NCBI RefSeq assembly: GCF_009914755.1
Contig: NC_060935.1
DNA length: 64,000 nucleotides
Strand: one strand, 5' to 3'
Source: the human T2T-CHM13v2.0 reference genome, Homo sapiens
Part shown: positions 38,430-59,259 of the stretch, in pieces
Layout: every line of letters begins with the position of its first letter
Numbering within the stretch: position 1 is the first letter of the stretch
Translations under genes and position numbers: made by a program
Notes under the pieces: model-generated
Database searches by the model: none
What the model saw: only the letters and a program-made list of their open reading frames with translations
What the model was told of the DNA's origin: nothing

Positions 38430-40650
38430 TCTACTTATCTCTAAGTGCTCATGGAATGTACACCACAATAGAAAATACACTGGGCCACAGTACAAGATGC
38501 AATACATTTCAAAGGACTAAACCATACAGAACACATATCTGATAATAGTAAGCTTCAACTAAAAATTTATAACAAAAGTATAACTAAACATCCCCCAATT
38601 ATTTACAAATCAAGCAACACAATTCTAAATTATTCATATATTAAAGAAGTGCCAATGAAAAATTTTTAATGAATTTTAACTTAAAGGTGGTAAAAACAAA
38701 CAAACAAAAATACTAGATGCAGCTAAAGAATTGCTCAGAGAGAAATATATAGCTTTAAATGCAAGTACTAGAAAATAAAAAAGATTAAAGGAAATGAACT
38801 AAGCTTTCATCTCCAGAAGCTAGAAATAGTAGAGCAAAATAAATGCATAAAACATGGTATAATATGAACAGTAAGTAGAAGACAGATATACTTGAAATAA
38901 AATTAATTTAAAAATAGAGAAAATACATAAAGACTAGGGTTGATTTTGTGTAAAAATTAATAAAACTCATGTCCTTAGCAAAATTGGTTTTAAAATATAA
39001 GGAAAAAAAATTATGAGAATCAGCAGTGAAAAGGCTATGCTGTAGATTAACAAGATAATAAAAGGCCATTACAAATGAATTTTGCTAATGTCCTTGCCAG
39101 TTTAAAAGAAATGGACCTCTGCTTTGAAAAACACAGCTTTCTATTTTTTGTCATTCAAAAATGTCTGTAAAAACAATATTTCGATTGAATAAAGGAAATA
39201 TATGCATCCTCCATATGCAAAGAGTCTTACAAGTTAATTACAAATCATTCAGCTACAAAATGGGCAAAGGAAAAGAACAATTTCCAAAAGAAGAATGAAT
39301 GGTCAATAAATGTATGAAAAAATTTCAACTTCATTAGTAACTGGAGAAATGCAAATTTAAAACATTTGTACTAAGCAACTTTTAATTTTTATTAACAAAT
39401 AATAATTGTACATATTTATGGGGTAAATAGTGACATTTTGATACATATAATGTATAGTGATTAATTCAGGGTAATTAGCATATCCATTATCTCAGACATT
39501 TATCATTTCTTTGGAAAAACACAACTTTCTAAACACACACACACACACACGCACACACACACAAGCAAAACCTGAATAACATACATGTGCTAAATTCACA
39601 CTTGAAAAATTTTCCCCTGACTTCTCCCAAAAATATCAAGATTATATCCCTGTAGCTTTATCAGTGAATTCTACATATCACTTTTAAAAAATACTACCAA
39701 TTTTATATCAACATTTTCAGGGATTAGAGAAAATGAAAAAGGGCATTACAAGAAAAAATATCAGATAAATATCTCTCATTAACACAGTCACAAAAATTCT
39801 GAACCCAATATTTAGCAAATAAAATACAGCCATATATAAAAATAATAATGTATCACGAGCAAGTAAGTTTTGTCCCAGGAATGAAATGTTGATTTCACAT
39901 TCAAAATCAATTCATGGCCACATGCAGTGGCTCACACCTGTAATCCCAGCACTTTGGGAGGCTGAGGTGGGCAGATCGCTTGATCTCAGGAGTTCAAGAC
40001 CAGCTGGGGCAAATATTGAGAACCCCATCTATACCAAAAAATTTTTAATTACCCGGGTGTGGCGGCATGCACCATAGTTCCAGCTACTTGGTAGGCTGAG
40101 GTGGGAGGATCGCTTGAGCCCAGGAAGTTAAGGCTGCAGTGATTGGTGATTGTGTCACTGCCCTCCAGCCTGGGCAACTGAGTGAGACCTTGTCTCAAAA
40201 AAAAAAAAAAAATCAATTCATATAATTCACTGCATGAACAAAATTAAGTAGAAAAAAATATGATCAATTCAATAAATAGAGAAAAAACTTGATAGGATTT
40301 AACATATGTTCATGATTTTTAAAAAGTTTAAGAAAACTAGGAATAGAACTTCCTCAGTAGGATAAAGCCTATTAACAAACACCCTACAGCCAACATCGTT
40401 CTTAATGAGAAAATACTAAAAACTTTCTCTGGGAGTCAGGAACAATGCAAAACTATCCATTATAATTACATATATTCCACATTGTGCTGGAGAATCTAAC
40501 CAGTGCAATAAGGCAAAGAAAAGAAATAAGTGCCATTGATAAAAATGACTAGGAAAAATTTTAAACTGTCATTATTTGCATACAATAATTTTGTGGGTGT
40601 AGCAAATCAAAATTTATAAACTATTAAAACTAATACATTTATGAGATGCT
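38430..40650 (+). mobile_element. Ancient L1M ORF2 fragments
   Basis: Highly decayed A-rich L1 ORF2-like sequence. Confidence 0.6.
39916..40212 (+). mobile_element. AluJ
   Basis: gaggatcgcttgagcccagg...aggctgcagtg...gaccttgtctc, TSD aaaatcaattcat. Confidence 0.9.
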
Positions 40651-40689
40651 ACATGGTATTAAAAATTTACAATTACAAAATATGCAACT

Positions 40690-42660
40690 ACAAGATCACT
40701 GACTAGATTCGGCTGAGGTGCACCTCTTCCACAGAGAGGAACCAAAATATCGAGTCGATATTCACACTTTAAATAGATCATCTGAGAAAGAGCACTGGAA
40801 TTCAACAGAGAGGCAACAGGAGACACAGAAGGTGAAGGAAGGAGATATGGGGCTGCCTGTTTGGGGTTGCTAGGAGCCAAGAGCTGCCCCAGACCCAAAG
40901 AAGGGGTAAGTGAAGGAACCCCAGAGCTCCACATTTCTGCTGCAGACTTCTACAATCCTAGATACAGGAGATTCCCTCAACCCCCATAAGCCTCCAGACT
41001 GGCATAGAGAGCTGCCTGGAGATTGTGCAGAGGTGCTTCTCAAACTTACATGGAGTCTCATAGGCTTCCAAGCACTGGGCAGCTGCAGCATGGTGCCATT
41101 CTGGGAGCCCATTCCCCATGGATCTCTGTCCTGTCCTGAGGCTGCCACTGCCACTACTGGCTGCTGGGCCAGGTAGTGAGAGGGGAGGCCAGGTGCTCTC
41201 ACATCCCTCGAGGAGAGGTTCCACTGCTTCTGCTGTTGGACTGAGGTCATTTGGACCACATGCCTCATGCCTGCCAGTCTCTCCCAAATCTGCCTGCCTA
41301 GCCATTCCTATGGAGAGAGGACCACCCTTCCAAGTGGCAGACCCACAGTGCAGCCACTGTTGCCCTACATGAGTGTTTTTCTAGTGGCCAGGGACCAACT
41401 TGCCCTGCCTATCACCACCAGCACTTGAGTCCAGGGATCCCGAAGACAAGGCTGTTGGCCTGGTCCTATCCCTGCACAATTCCAGCATGCCATCCAGGAG
41501 CATGGAGATGAGACTTGTGATCTGACCTGGAGCCCCCCACAGTCAGAAGTGAGAGGAGAGTGTGGTGTGGGTTCATATCGTGGCACAGGAGCTGGGTACT
41601 CCTCCCTTCATAGGACCAGACCAGGAAGGATGTGGCCTGACAGCCAAAGTTTCTGCCCCAGACAGGGAGTTTCATGGCCTGGGGAGGCTTTGCCATCTGA
41701 ACACAGACAGATTAGGATGGGCCTAGTGGTCCTGGCCAGCTGCTGGTGGCCTAAGGCTGTAGGGAAACCCATGAGGTTGGAGGTTTGGGGGCAGAGCAGG
41801 TCCCACTGCCACTTCCAGCTGCTGATTCATGGCCACCCCTCCCCCTAGCACAAAGGTGCTTTGATGCAGCAGAAATGCCTCTGCCCCTTCCTGGAGGGTT
41901 GCCCTGGTAGCCTGAGACCTGACCCCAAACCCCCAGCAGAATCAGCACTTGCACCAGCCTTGGAGAGCCTGGTCCAGGACTTCCCAGACCCAGCCATGCC
42001 TGGCTTTGCCCCATCCAACCACTGCAGCAGCAGAGCATAGGACAGGGAGTCCTGGGAGTTCCATGGCCCCACCCCTTACATGAGACACCCAGAGCTTCTG
42101 TAATGAACAAAATCCAAGGAAAAATCCCACTGCTCCCTCTCTCCTGGAAATGCCACATATTGGTTTGGAAGTCAACCTTCACAGCTTATTAAACTGCCCA
42201 CACAACTGCACAGTGCTCAGCTGGCTCATATCTGCAAGTGCCACCTACTGACCTGGAGGTAAAACTAAACAACCCAATACAATCTCTGCTGACAGAAGTG
42301 CACAGTGCTGGGGAATAAAATAAGAGACTTCCCCCTGCTCATCTCTGCAGGAGGCAGTGATCCTTCTCACATGCCCAATCCACTGCTGCTACAACATACA
42401 AACAATAGTATTTGAGAAAACCATTACACTAAGGCTATGTATCATCAAAAAATTCATAGATTTGGCTCCCTGAAAGTACCCAGAAACAAAGTCAAAGGAC
42501 CCTACACAATATATCCTATAGTCACACCCTCAAGAGGGGAATAAAGTTCTATCCAAACAAAAGTAAATCCAAAAAGAAACCAGCCTAAGATTTCTGGGAC
42601 CATAGAAAAAAAGAGTGTTGCAATACACCCAAAGGATCACACTACGTCTCTAGCAATGGA
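40690..42660 (+). mobile_element. L1PB-type 5' region
   Basis: aagatc..gactagat...cacctcttccacagagaggaaccaaaatatcgagt, long GC-richer 5'UTR. Confidence 0.65.
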
Positions 42661-43445
42661 CACTGCTCCCCACATCCCAGGCTGCTCCAGCTTCTGCCAC
42701 AGCTCAAAGGGATCCTGGCACAGCTCAGGTTGCCACTCTAGAGGGCACAAGCCATAAGCTTTGGCAGCTTCCATGTGGTATTAAGTCTGCTGGTACACAG
42801 AGTGCAAGAGTGAAGGTGGCTTGGCAGCCTCCATCTACATTTCAGAAAATGCACGAGAAAGCCTAGGTGCCCAGGCAGAAGGCTGCTGCAGGGGTGGAGC
42901 CCTTGCAGAGAACCTCTAATGAGGCCCCACACAGAGTCTCTACTAGGGCACAGACTAGTGGAGCTGTAGGAAGGGAGCTGCTACACTCCAGAACCCAGAA
43001 TGTTTGAGCTTGCAACCTTAGCATGGAAAAGCCACAGGGAAGAGTAGCCCAAGGCTTTGGGAGCCCGCTCCTCACAACACTGTGCCCTGGATGTGGGACA
43101 TAGAGTCAAAGGAGAGTATTTGGGAGTTTTAAAGCTTAATGACTGCCTTGCTGGGCTTTGAAATTGCATGGGGCCTATAGCTCCTTTCTTTTGGCTGATT
43201 TCTCCCTTTTATAAAGGGAATGTTTACCCAATGCCTGTACTACTGTTGTTTCTTGGAAGTACATAACCCGTTTTGATTTTACAGGCTTGAAGATGGAAGA
43301 AACTAATCTCCAGATGAGACTATGGACTTGGACTTGGTACTTTGAGTTAATGCTGGAATGAATTAAGACTTTGGGGACTTTTGGGAAGGAATGATTGTAT
43401 TTTGCAGCATGATAAAAACATGAGATTGGGGGGGATGGGGTGGAA
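42661..43445 (+). mobile_element. MST/THE1 internal fragment
   Basis: ggcagcttccatgtggtattaagtctgc...ccagatgagactatggacttggactt. Confidence 0.85.
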
Positions 43446-43839
43446 TGATATAGTTTTGATATTTGTCCCCACCCAAATCTTATGTTGAAATGTCACCCCC
43501 AATGTTGGAGGTGGGGTCTAATGAAAGGTGTTTGGGTCATGAAGGTGTATCCCTCATGACTTGGTGATGTCCTCGTGATAGTGAGTTCTCATGAGACCAG
43601 GTTATGTTAAAGTCTGTGGCATCTTCCCCCAACTTTGCTCCTGCTCTGGCGTATGACATGCCTGCTCCTGCTTCACCTTCCACCATGAGTAAAAGCTCCC
43701 TGAAACCTCCCAAGAAGTCAAGAAGATGCCAATGCCATGCTTGTTCAGCCTGAAGAACTGTGAGCCAATTAAACCTCTTTTGTTTATAAATCACCCTGTC
43801 CCAGGTATTCCTTTACAGCTATGTAAGAATGGTCTAACA
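43446..43839 (+). mobile_element. MSTA LTR
   Basis: tgatatagttt...cccacccaaatct...gaactgtgagccaattaaacctctttt. Confidence 0.88.
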
Positions 43840-43844
43840 TATTC

Positions 43845-44645
<801 letters not shown>

Positions 44646-44649
44646 AGGT

Positions 44650-47049
44650 GTACAGTGGAATAAGAACAGCTCCAGTCTGCAGCTCCCAGTGAGATCGATG
44701 CAGAAGGCAGGTGATTTCTGCATTTCCAACTGTGGTACCTGGTTCATCTCATTGGGACTGGTTGGACAGTGGGTGCAGCCCACAGAGGACAAGCCAAAGC
44801 AGGGCAGGGTGTCGCCTCACCCAAGAAGTGCAAGGAGTCAGGGAACTTCCCTTTCCTAGCCAAGGGAAGCTGTGAGAGACTGTACCAGGAGGAATGGTAC
44901 ATTGCTGCCCAGACACTGTGCTTTTCCCATGGTCTTGGCAACTGGCAGACCAGGAGATTCCCTCCAGTGCCTGGGTTGGTGGGTCCCAGGCCCACAGAGC
45001 CCAGCAAGCTAAGATCCATTGGCTTGAAATTCTCACTGCTAGTGCAGCAGTATGAGATTGACCTGGGATGCTTGAGCTTGGTTGGGGGACAGGCACCTGC
45101 CATTGCTGAGGCTTGAGTAGGTGGTTTTATGCTTCAGTGTAAACAAAGCTGCTGGGAAGTTTGAACTGGGCAGAACCCACCACAGCTCAGCAAGGTGGAC
45201 TGCCTCCTAGATTCCACCTCTGTGGGCAGGGCATCATTGAACAAAAGGCAGCAGCCTCAGTCAGGGACTTATAGATAAAACCCCCATCTCCATGGGACAG
45301 AGCACCTGGGGGAAGGGACAGCAGGGGCACAGCTTCAGCAGACTTAAACATCTCTGCATGACAGCTCTGAAGATAGCAGTGGTTCTGCCAGCTCAGCCTT
45401 TGAGCTCTGATAATGGACAGACTGCTTCCTCAAGTGGGTCCCTGACCCCAGTGTAGCCTGACTGGAAGACATCTCCCAGTAGGGGCCAACAGTCACCTCA
45501 TACAGGAGAACTTTTGCTGGCATCTGGTGAGTGACCCTCTGGGACTAAGCTTCCAGAGGAAGGATCAGGCAGCAATAGTTGCTGTTCTGCAGCTTCTGCT
45601 GGTGATACTGAGGAAAACAGGGTCCAAAGTGGACCTCCAGCAAACTCCAACAGACCTGTAGCTGAGGGTCCTGGCTGTTAGAAGGAAAACTGACAAACAG
45701 AAAGGAATACCATCAACATCAACAAAAAGGACATCCACACCAAAACCCCATCCGTAGGTCACCAACATCAAAGACCAAAGGTAGATAAAACCACAAAGAT
45801 GGGGAGAAACCAGTGCAGAAAGGCTGAAAATTCCAAAAATCAGAATGCCTCTTCTCCTCCAAAGGAACACAACTTCTCGTAAACAAGGGAACAAAGCTGG
45901 ATGGAGTTTGAATATGTTTGACAAATTGACAGAAGTAGGCTTCAGAAGGTGGGTAATAACATACTCCTCCAAGCTAAACAAGCATGTTCTAAGCCAATGC
46001 AAGGAAGCTAAAAAACTTGAAAAAAGGTTAGAGGAATGGCTAACTGGAATAACAAATGTAGAGAAGAGCTTAAATGACCTGATGGAGCTGAAAAACACAG
46101 CACAAGATCTTTGTGAAGCATACACAAGTTTCAATACCTGAATCAATCAAGTGGAAAAAAGGATATCAGTGATTGAAGATCAACTTAATGAAATAAAGCA
46201 AGAAGACAAGATTAGAGAAAAAAGAGTGAAACGAAATGAACAAAGCCTCCAAGAAATATGGGACTATGTGAAAATACCAATTCTATGCTTGGTTGGTGTA
46301 CCTGAAAGTGATGGGGAGAATGGAACCAAGTTGGAAAACACTCCTCAGGATATTATCCAGAAGAACTTCCCCAACCTAGCAAGGCAGGCCAACATCCAAA
46401 TTCAGGAAATACAGAGAACACCACAAAGATATTCCTCAAGAAGAGCAACCCAAAGACACATAATCGTCAGATTCACCAAGGTTGAAATGAAGGAAAAAGT
46501 GTTAATGGCAGCCAGAGGTAAAAGTCAGGTTACCCACAAAGAACAGCCCATCAGACTAACAGCAGATCTCTCTGCAGAAACCCTACAAGCCAGAAGAGGG
46601 TGGGAGCCAATATTCAACATTCTTAAAGAAAAAAATTTACAACCCAGTGGTGAAATAGGAACGCTTTTACACTGTTGGTGGGAATGTAAATTAGTTCAAC
46701 AATTGTGGAAGACAGTGTGGCAATTCCTCAAGGATCTAGAACTAGAAATACCATTTGACCCAGCAATCCCATTGCTGGGTATATACCTAAAAGATTATAA
46801 ATCTTTCTACTATAAAGACACATGCACAAGTATGTTTATTGCAGCACTGTTCACAACAGTAAAGACTTAGAACCAACCCAAATGCCCATCAATGGTAGAC
46901 TCGATAAAGAAAATGTGGCACATATACTCCATGGAATACTATGCAGCCATAAAAAAGGATGAGTTAATGTCCTTCGCAGGGACATGGATGAAACTGGAAA
47001 CCATCATTCTCAGCAGAGTAACACAAGAAGAGAAAACCAAACACTGCAT
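44650..47049 (+). mobile_element. L1PA7/8-like element: 5'UTR + ORF1 (ATG 45799) fused by internal deletion to ORF2 C-terminus
   Basis: gaacagctccagtctgcagctcccag 5'UTR; ORF1 peptides then KEKNLQP|[14 protein letters not shown] at ~46647. Confidence 0.9.
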
Positions 47050-47435
47050 TGTTGGGAGCAGGCCCCCAAAAATCTGGCCATAAATTGGCCCCAAAACTGG
47101 CCATAAACAAAATCTCTGCAGCACTGTAACATGTTGATAATGGCCCTAATGCCCAAGCTGGAAGGTTGTGGGTTTACAGGAATGAGGGCAAAGAACACCT
47201 GGCCCGCCCAGGGTGGAAAACCACTTAAAGACATTCTTAAGCCACAAACAATAGTATGAGCAATCTATGCCTTAAAGACATGCTTCTGCTGCAGTTAACA
47301 AGCCCAACCTATTCCTTTAATTCGGCCCACCCCTTCGTTTCCCATAAGGGATACTTTCAGTTAATTTAATATCTATAGAAACAGTGCTAATGACTTGTTA
47401 GCTGTTTATAAATATGTGGGTAACTCTCTGTTCAG
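47050..47435 (+). mobile_element. MER9 (HERV-K9/HML-3) LTR, 3'-truncated
   Basis: Begins tgttgggagcaggcccccaaaatctggccataaattggccccaaaactggcc. Confidence 0.85.
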
Positions 47436-50588
<3,153 letters not shown>

Positions 50589-52388
50589 GGAAACAAAAAA
50601 GGAAAAAAATTGGTTGAACAAAATTCAAAATAATAAAAATTATATTCAACAAACACACAGCCAACAGTACACTGGATGGGATACTGTTTAAAGCATTCCC
50701 CTTTAAGAACTGCAACAAGACAAGGATGCCCACTTTCAACACTCCTACTCAATATAGTTGGTACTAGAAGTCATAGCTAGAAAGAGAAATAAAACTTATC
50801 CAAATTGGAAAATAGGAAGTTAAATTATTTCTGTTGACTGATAATATGATCTTATACCAAAAAACAAAAAACAAAACAAAAATAAAAAAACTTCTCCAAA
50901 AGACTCCTAGATCTCACAAGTGACTTCATTAATGTTTCAGGATACAAAATTGACATGCAAAAATCAGTAGCATTTTTATATACCAATAACAATCATGCTG
51001 AGAACTAAATCAAGAAGTGAATCCTATTTACAATAGCTGCAAAAAGAATAAAATACATACAAATAAACTTAACCACGGAGGTGAAAGATCTCTACAAGGA
51101 GAATTACAAAACACTGATGACACAATCATAGATGACACAAACAAACAAACAAAAATCCTATGCTCATGGATTGTAGACTAAATACTGTTAAGGTGGCAAG
51201 CAATCTATAGATTCAATGCAGTTTCTATCAAATTACCAATGCCATTTTTCACAGAATTGGGAAAAATCCTAGAATTCATATGGAACTAAAAATGACCCTG
51301 AATAGCCAAGGCAATCCTAAGCAAAAAGAACAAAGCTGGAGGCATTACATTACCTGATTTTAAATTATACTCCAAGTCTATAATAACTAAAACAGCATGG
51401 CACTGATATAAAATAGACACATAGATCAATGGAACAGAATAGAGAACCCAGAAATAAAGCCACTTACCTATAACCAACTGATTTTCAACAAAGGTGATAA
51501 AAATATGCACTGAGGGAAGGACACCCTATTCAATAAATGATGCTGGGAAAAGTGGATAGCCATATACAGAAGAATAAATATGGACCCATATCTCTCACTA
51601 TGTAAGAAAATTAACACAAGATGGATAAAAAGACTTAAGTGTAAGACCTGAAACTATAAAGATCATAGAAGAAAACCTAAGAAAAGCTCTTCTGGACATT
51701 GGCCTAGGCAAAAAAATTATGACCAAGTCCTCAAAATTAAACACAACAAAAATAGATAAATGGGACTTAATAAAATTAAATAGCTTCTGCACAGCAAAAT
51801 AATTAACAGAATAAACAATTTAAAACTTGGAGAAAATATTTGCAAATTAAGCATCTGACAAAAGGATAGTATCAAGAATCTACAAGGAACTCAAATAAGA
51901 AAAATAATAATAATAATCCCATTTAAAAGTGGGAAAAGGACATAAACAGGCATTTTTCCAAAAAAAAAAAAGACATACAAGCAGCCAACACACAAGAAAA
52001 AGTGCTTAACACCACTGATCATCAGAGAAATATAAATTAAAGCCACAATGAAATTCCATCTTACAGCAGTCAGAATGGCTATTATTAAAAAGTCAAAAAC
52101 AACAGGTAATATACACTATTGCTAGGAATAAAATTAATAAAACCTGCATGAAAAACAGAGGGAGATTTATCAAAGAACTAAAAGTAGTACTGCCCTTTGA
52201 TACAGCAATCCCAATACTGGGTATCCACCCAAAGAAAAAGACATCATTCTATCAAAATGATACCTGCACTACGTTTTTAGCAGCACTATTCACAATAGTA
52301 AAGACATGGAATCAACCATCAACAGATGATGGATAAAGAAAATGTGAGATATATAGATAGATATCACAAATGTGAGATATATATACAA

Positions 52389-52421
<33 letters not shown>

Positions 52422-52427
52422 CACACC
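52389..52427. repeat. (CA)n microsatellite
   Basis: AC run with one interruption. Confidence 0.95.
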
Positions 52428-52551
52428 ATGGAATAGTACTCAGCCATAAAAAAATGCAATCTTGTCTTTTGCAGCAATGTGGATGGAACTGGTGGACATT
52501 ATTCTAAGTTGCATAACCCAGGAACAGAAAGCCAAATGCTACATGTTCTCA

Positions 52552-52825
52552 TTTTTTAAAGTAATTAATCAGCAAGTTTTTATTTAGTTTTTTTGTTATT
52601 ATTATACTTCAAGTTCTGGGATGCATGTGCAGAATGTGCAGGTTTGTTACACAGGTATACACATGCCATGGTGGTTTGCTGCACCCATCAACCCATCGTC
52701 TACATTAGGTGTTTCTCCTAATGCTGTTCCTCCCTTAATCCCCAACCCCCCAACAGGCCCTGGTGTGTGATGTTCCCCTCCCTGTGTCCATGTGTTCTCA
52801 TTGTTCAACTCTTACTTATGAGTGT
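52552..52825 (-). mobile_element. Short L1PA7/8-like 3' end
   Basis: L1 3'UTR, TSD atgttctca (52543, 52828). Confidence 0.88.
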
Positions 52826-53079
52826 AGATGTTCTCACTTTCAGTGAGAGCTAAACAATGGCATACATGGACATACAGGGTGAAAAAGTAGACATTGGAAA
52901 CTCCAAAAGTTGGGAGGGTGGGAGAATGGTGAAGGCTGAAAAGTTACCTACTGGGTACAATGTTCACTATGCAGGAAATGAGTACACTTAAAGCCCAGAC
53001 TTCACCACTACACAATATATCCATGGAACAAACCTGCCCATGTACCCTTAATATCTATTAAAAAAAAACAACAACAGTT

Positions 53080-53190
53080 CTTTGAGAAATCTCCAAACCA
53101 CTCTCCAAAGTAGCTGAGCTAATTTACATTCCCACCAACATTATGTAAGTGTTCCCTTTTCTCTGCAGCTTCAACAGCATCTATTGTTTT
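53080..53190 (-). mobile_element. L1PB-like ORF2 fragment
   Basis: gttctttgagaaatctccaaac...tttacattcccaccaaca. Confidence 0.7.
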
Positions 53191-53229
53191 TATCTTTTAT
53201 CTAAAAGTTCAAAATATGTTTTAAATGTA

Positions 53230-56570
<3,341 letters not shown>

Positions 56571-57376
56571 TTAAATGGCCACAATTAGTTTCATGCCCTC
56601 ACTGCTCTAGATCTCAAGCAACCATTAGCAGGTTTCCATAAAAAGGTGTAATGTTGATTTTTTAAAAAAAGAAGCCTCCTGTGACGTGAATCAACAAAGA
56701 AACTACATCACAGGTCCACATACAAGTTACACTACCTTGCTACTCACACAGCATTCAGCATTCTTAACAACACAGGTTCAGATAGAGAAAGAGGACTCAT
56801 AGGATTAGGTTCCAAGTATAAAGAATGAAATTCCTCATTCAGGAATTGTTTTGTTTTGTTTTATTATTCCCAAACTTGTCTCTCCAGAATACTACTTCTG
56901 TGGCAAAGTTTTTCCATCAAAGGAGATAATTAATTCCTAGGAGAGAAAGCAGCAGCTATAAAATAAGATCCCTGAATCTTTACGGAAACCTCTTTAAATA
57001 TTCATGCAGTACAAGACAGAAATGTTTTTCTTGTTCACTCATCCACAGCAAGATTAATCACAGGCAAAGTGATCCATACATAACTGTTTCCTCCACACCT
57101 TTTGCCTCTTGCACTGTGGAACCAGAGCTATACATAATCAATTCTTCATGGTGTTTCCAGTGAATCGATTTTAATTCAAGTCCCAGGTTTTCTGTGAAAA
57201 TTTTTGAGACTTAGGCCAGATAAAAAGATTTATACTCATAAGAAAACTTTCTTTATTGAATTATAACTGATATACCAAAAACTACACATTTAATGTGTAC
57301 AGTTTTTTAACAACTGTGATTTAACATTGAATTATCTGAATAGACATAGACCTGAGGGGTTATAAAAGGATTCCTA

Positions 57377-58189
<813 letters not shown>

Positions 58190-58591
58190 TCAGTGCAGTA
58201 TGGCCATGATTATTAATTTGCTCATTCATTCAGCAATTATTTACTGAACCCCCAACTTGCGTGCCAGCCACCATGAGAGACACTGAGCTTATAAAGTCTT
58301 GTAAATTGTAAGATATGAAGCTAGAGAGATAGGAAAAGAGAATATCAAGAAGGTGCTTATAGTTGTGTTAAGACTTAACACTAATGACTATGGGAGAAAC
58401 AGGGAAAGTATATTTAAGCTAGTGAGTAATGCAGTTAGATTTTAATTTTATAATGATAATCCTAACTACAGTATGTACAATGGATTGATGGATCAAGACT
58501 GGAAGCAGGAGAGCACCTAGGGGTTATTGTAATTATTTCAGTGTGAAAGGCTGGAGGCCTCAGCCCTGGTGTTGCCAGTAAGGACGCAGAA

Positions 58592-59010
58592 TGTGGTGGA
58601 CACTATTGTGTCCAGCTCAAATCCCCTTCACCAGGCCAGTGCACAAGTGCCCCAGCTACTGTGGGTGTGGGCTGCCAACAGCTCACAGCCTTGCCCTTTT
58701 CTGGACAATTGCACCAGATAAAATGGGAGCTGCATCACTTAGGGTATTTTGTTCCCTCTCCCGGAGCCCACCAGCGATGATTGACTGGAATAGGGTTTAA
58801 GAGGTTAGTTCCTTTGTCTCAAGGTGGAAGCAGTTCTGTAGTACAATGTATACCTCAGAGCTCCCGGGGCTCCAGGCTAGAGACAGATTAGTTGAGACCA
58901 CATCCTTCCTTCCCCTACTATTGTATGTTTCCTTCAGTCTTTTCCCCTTATAAATCACGTTTATTAAAATTCCCATATCATCCTCTGAGCCTAGAGAAAT
59001 CAAATTAACA
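58592..59010 (+). mobile_element. LTR16-like LTR (paralogue of 37387-37830)
   Basis: ccagctcaaat...aacagctcacagcc...ctggacaattgcacca...taaatcac. Confidence 0.6.
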
Positions 59011-59259
59011 TGGAGAGATATAGAAGGTTTCGAAGAATATTTTTGAATTCTAAACAAAAGAACTTGATATAGGATGAAGATTAGAGAGAGAGAAGTCACA
59101 GATGAAACTTGGGCCCTGGCTTAGATCACTGGATGGAAGGAAGAGAGAGAAGATTAATGAGGTTTTGAATACATTGAATGATGTTCAAGTCTCAATGTAG
59201 TAATAAATATTACACACATAGGTAATCCTAGGACCTGTCATCAGAAACAAGACCTGGAG

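Larger units (their letters stand above)
50620..53075 (+). mobile_element. L1PB-type ORF2 and 3' end
   Basis: Decayed RT/C-terminal region, 3'UTR ...agcccagacttcaccactacacaatatatcc, A tail. Confidence 0.8.

Noticed and set aside
40659-43794. Dense overlapping ORFs and higher GC suggesting a gene or CpG island
   Set aside because: Explained by L1PB 5'UTR and MST int/LTR; CpG-depleted and no recognisable protein.
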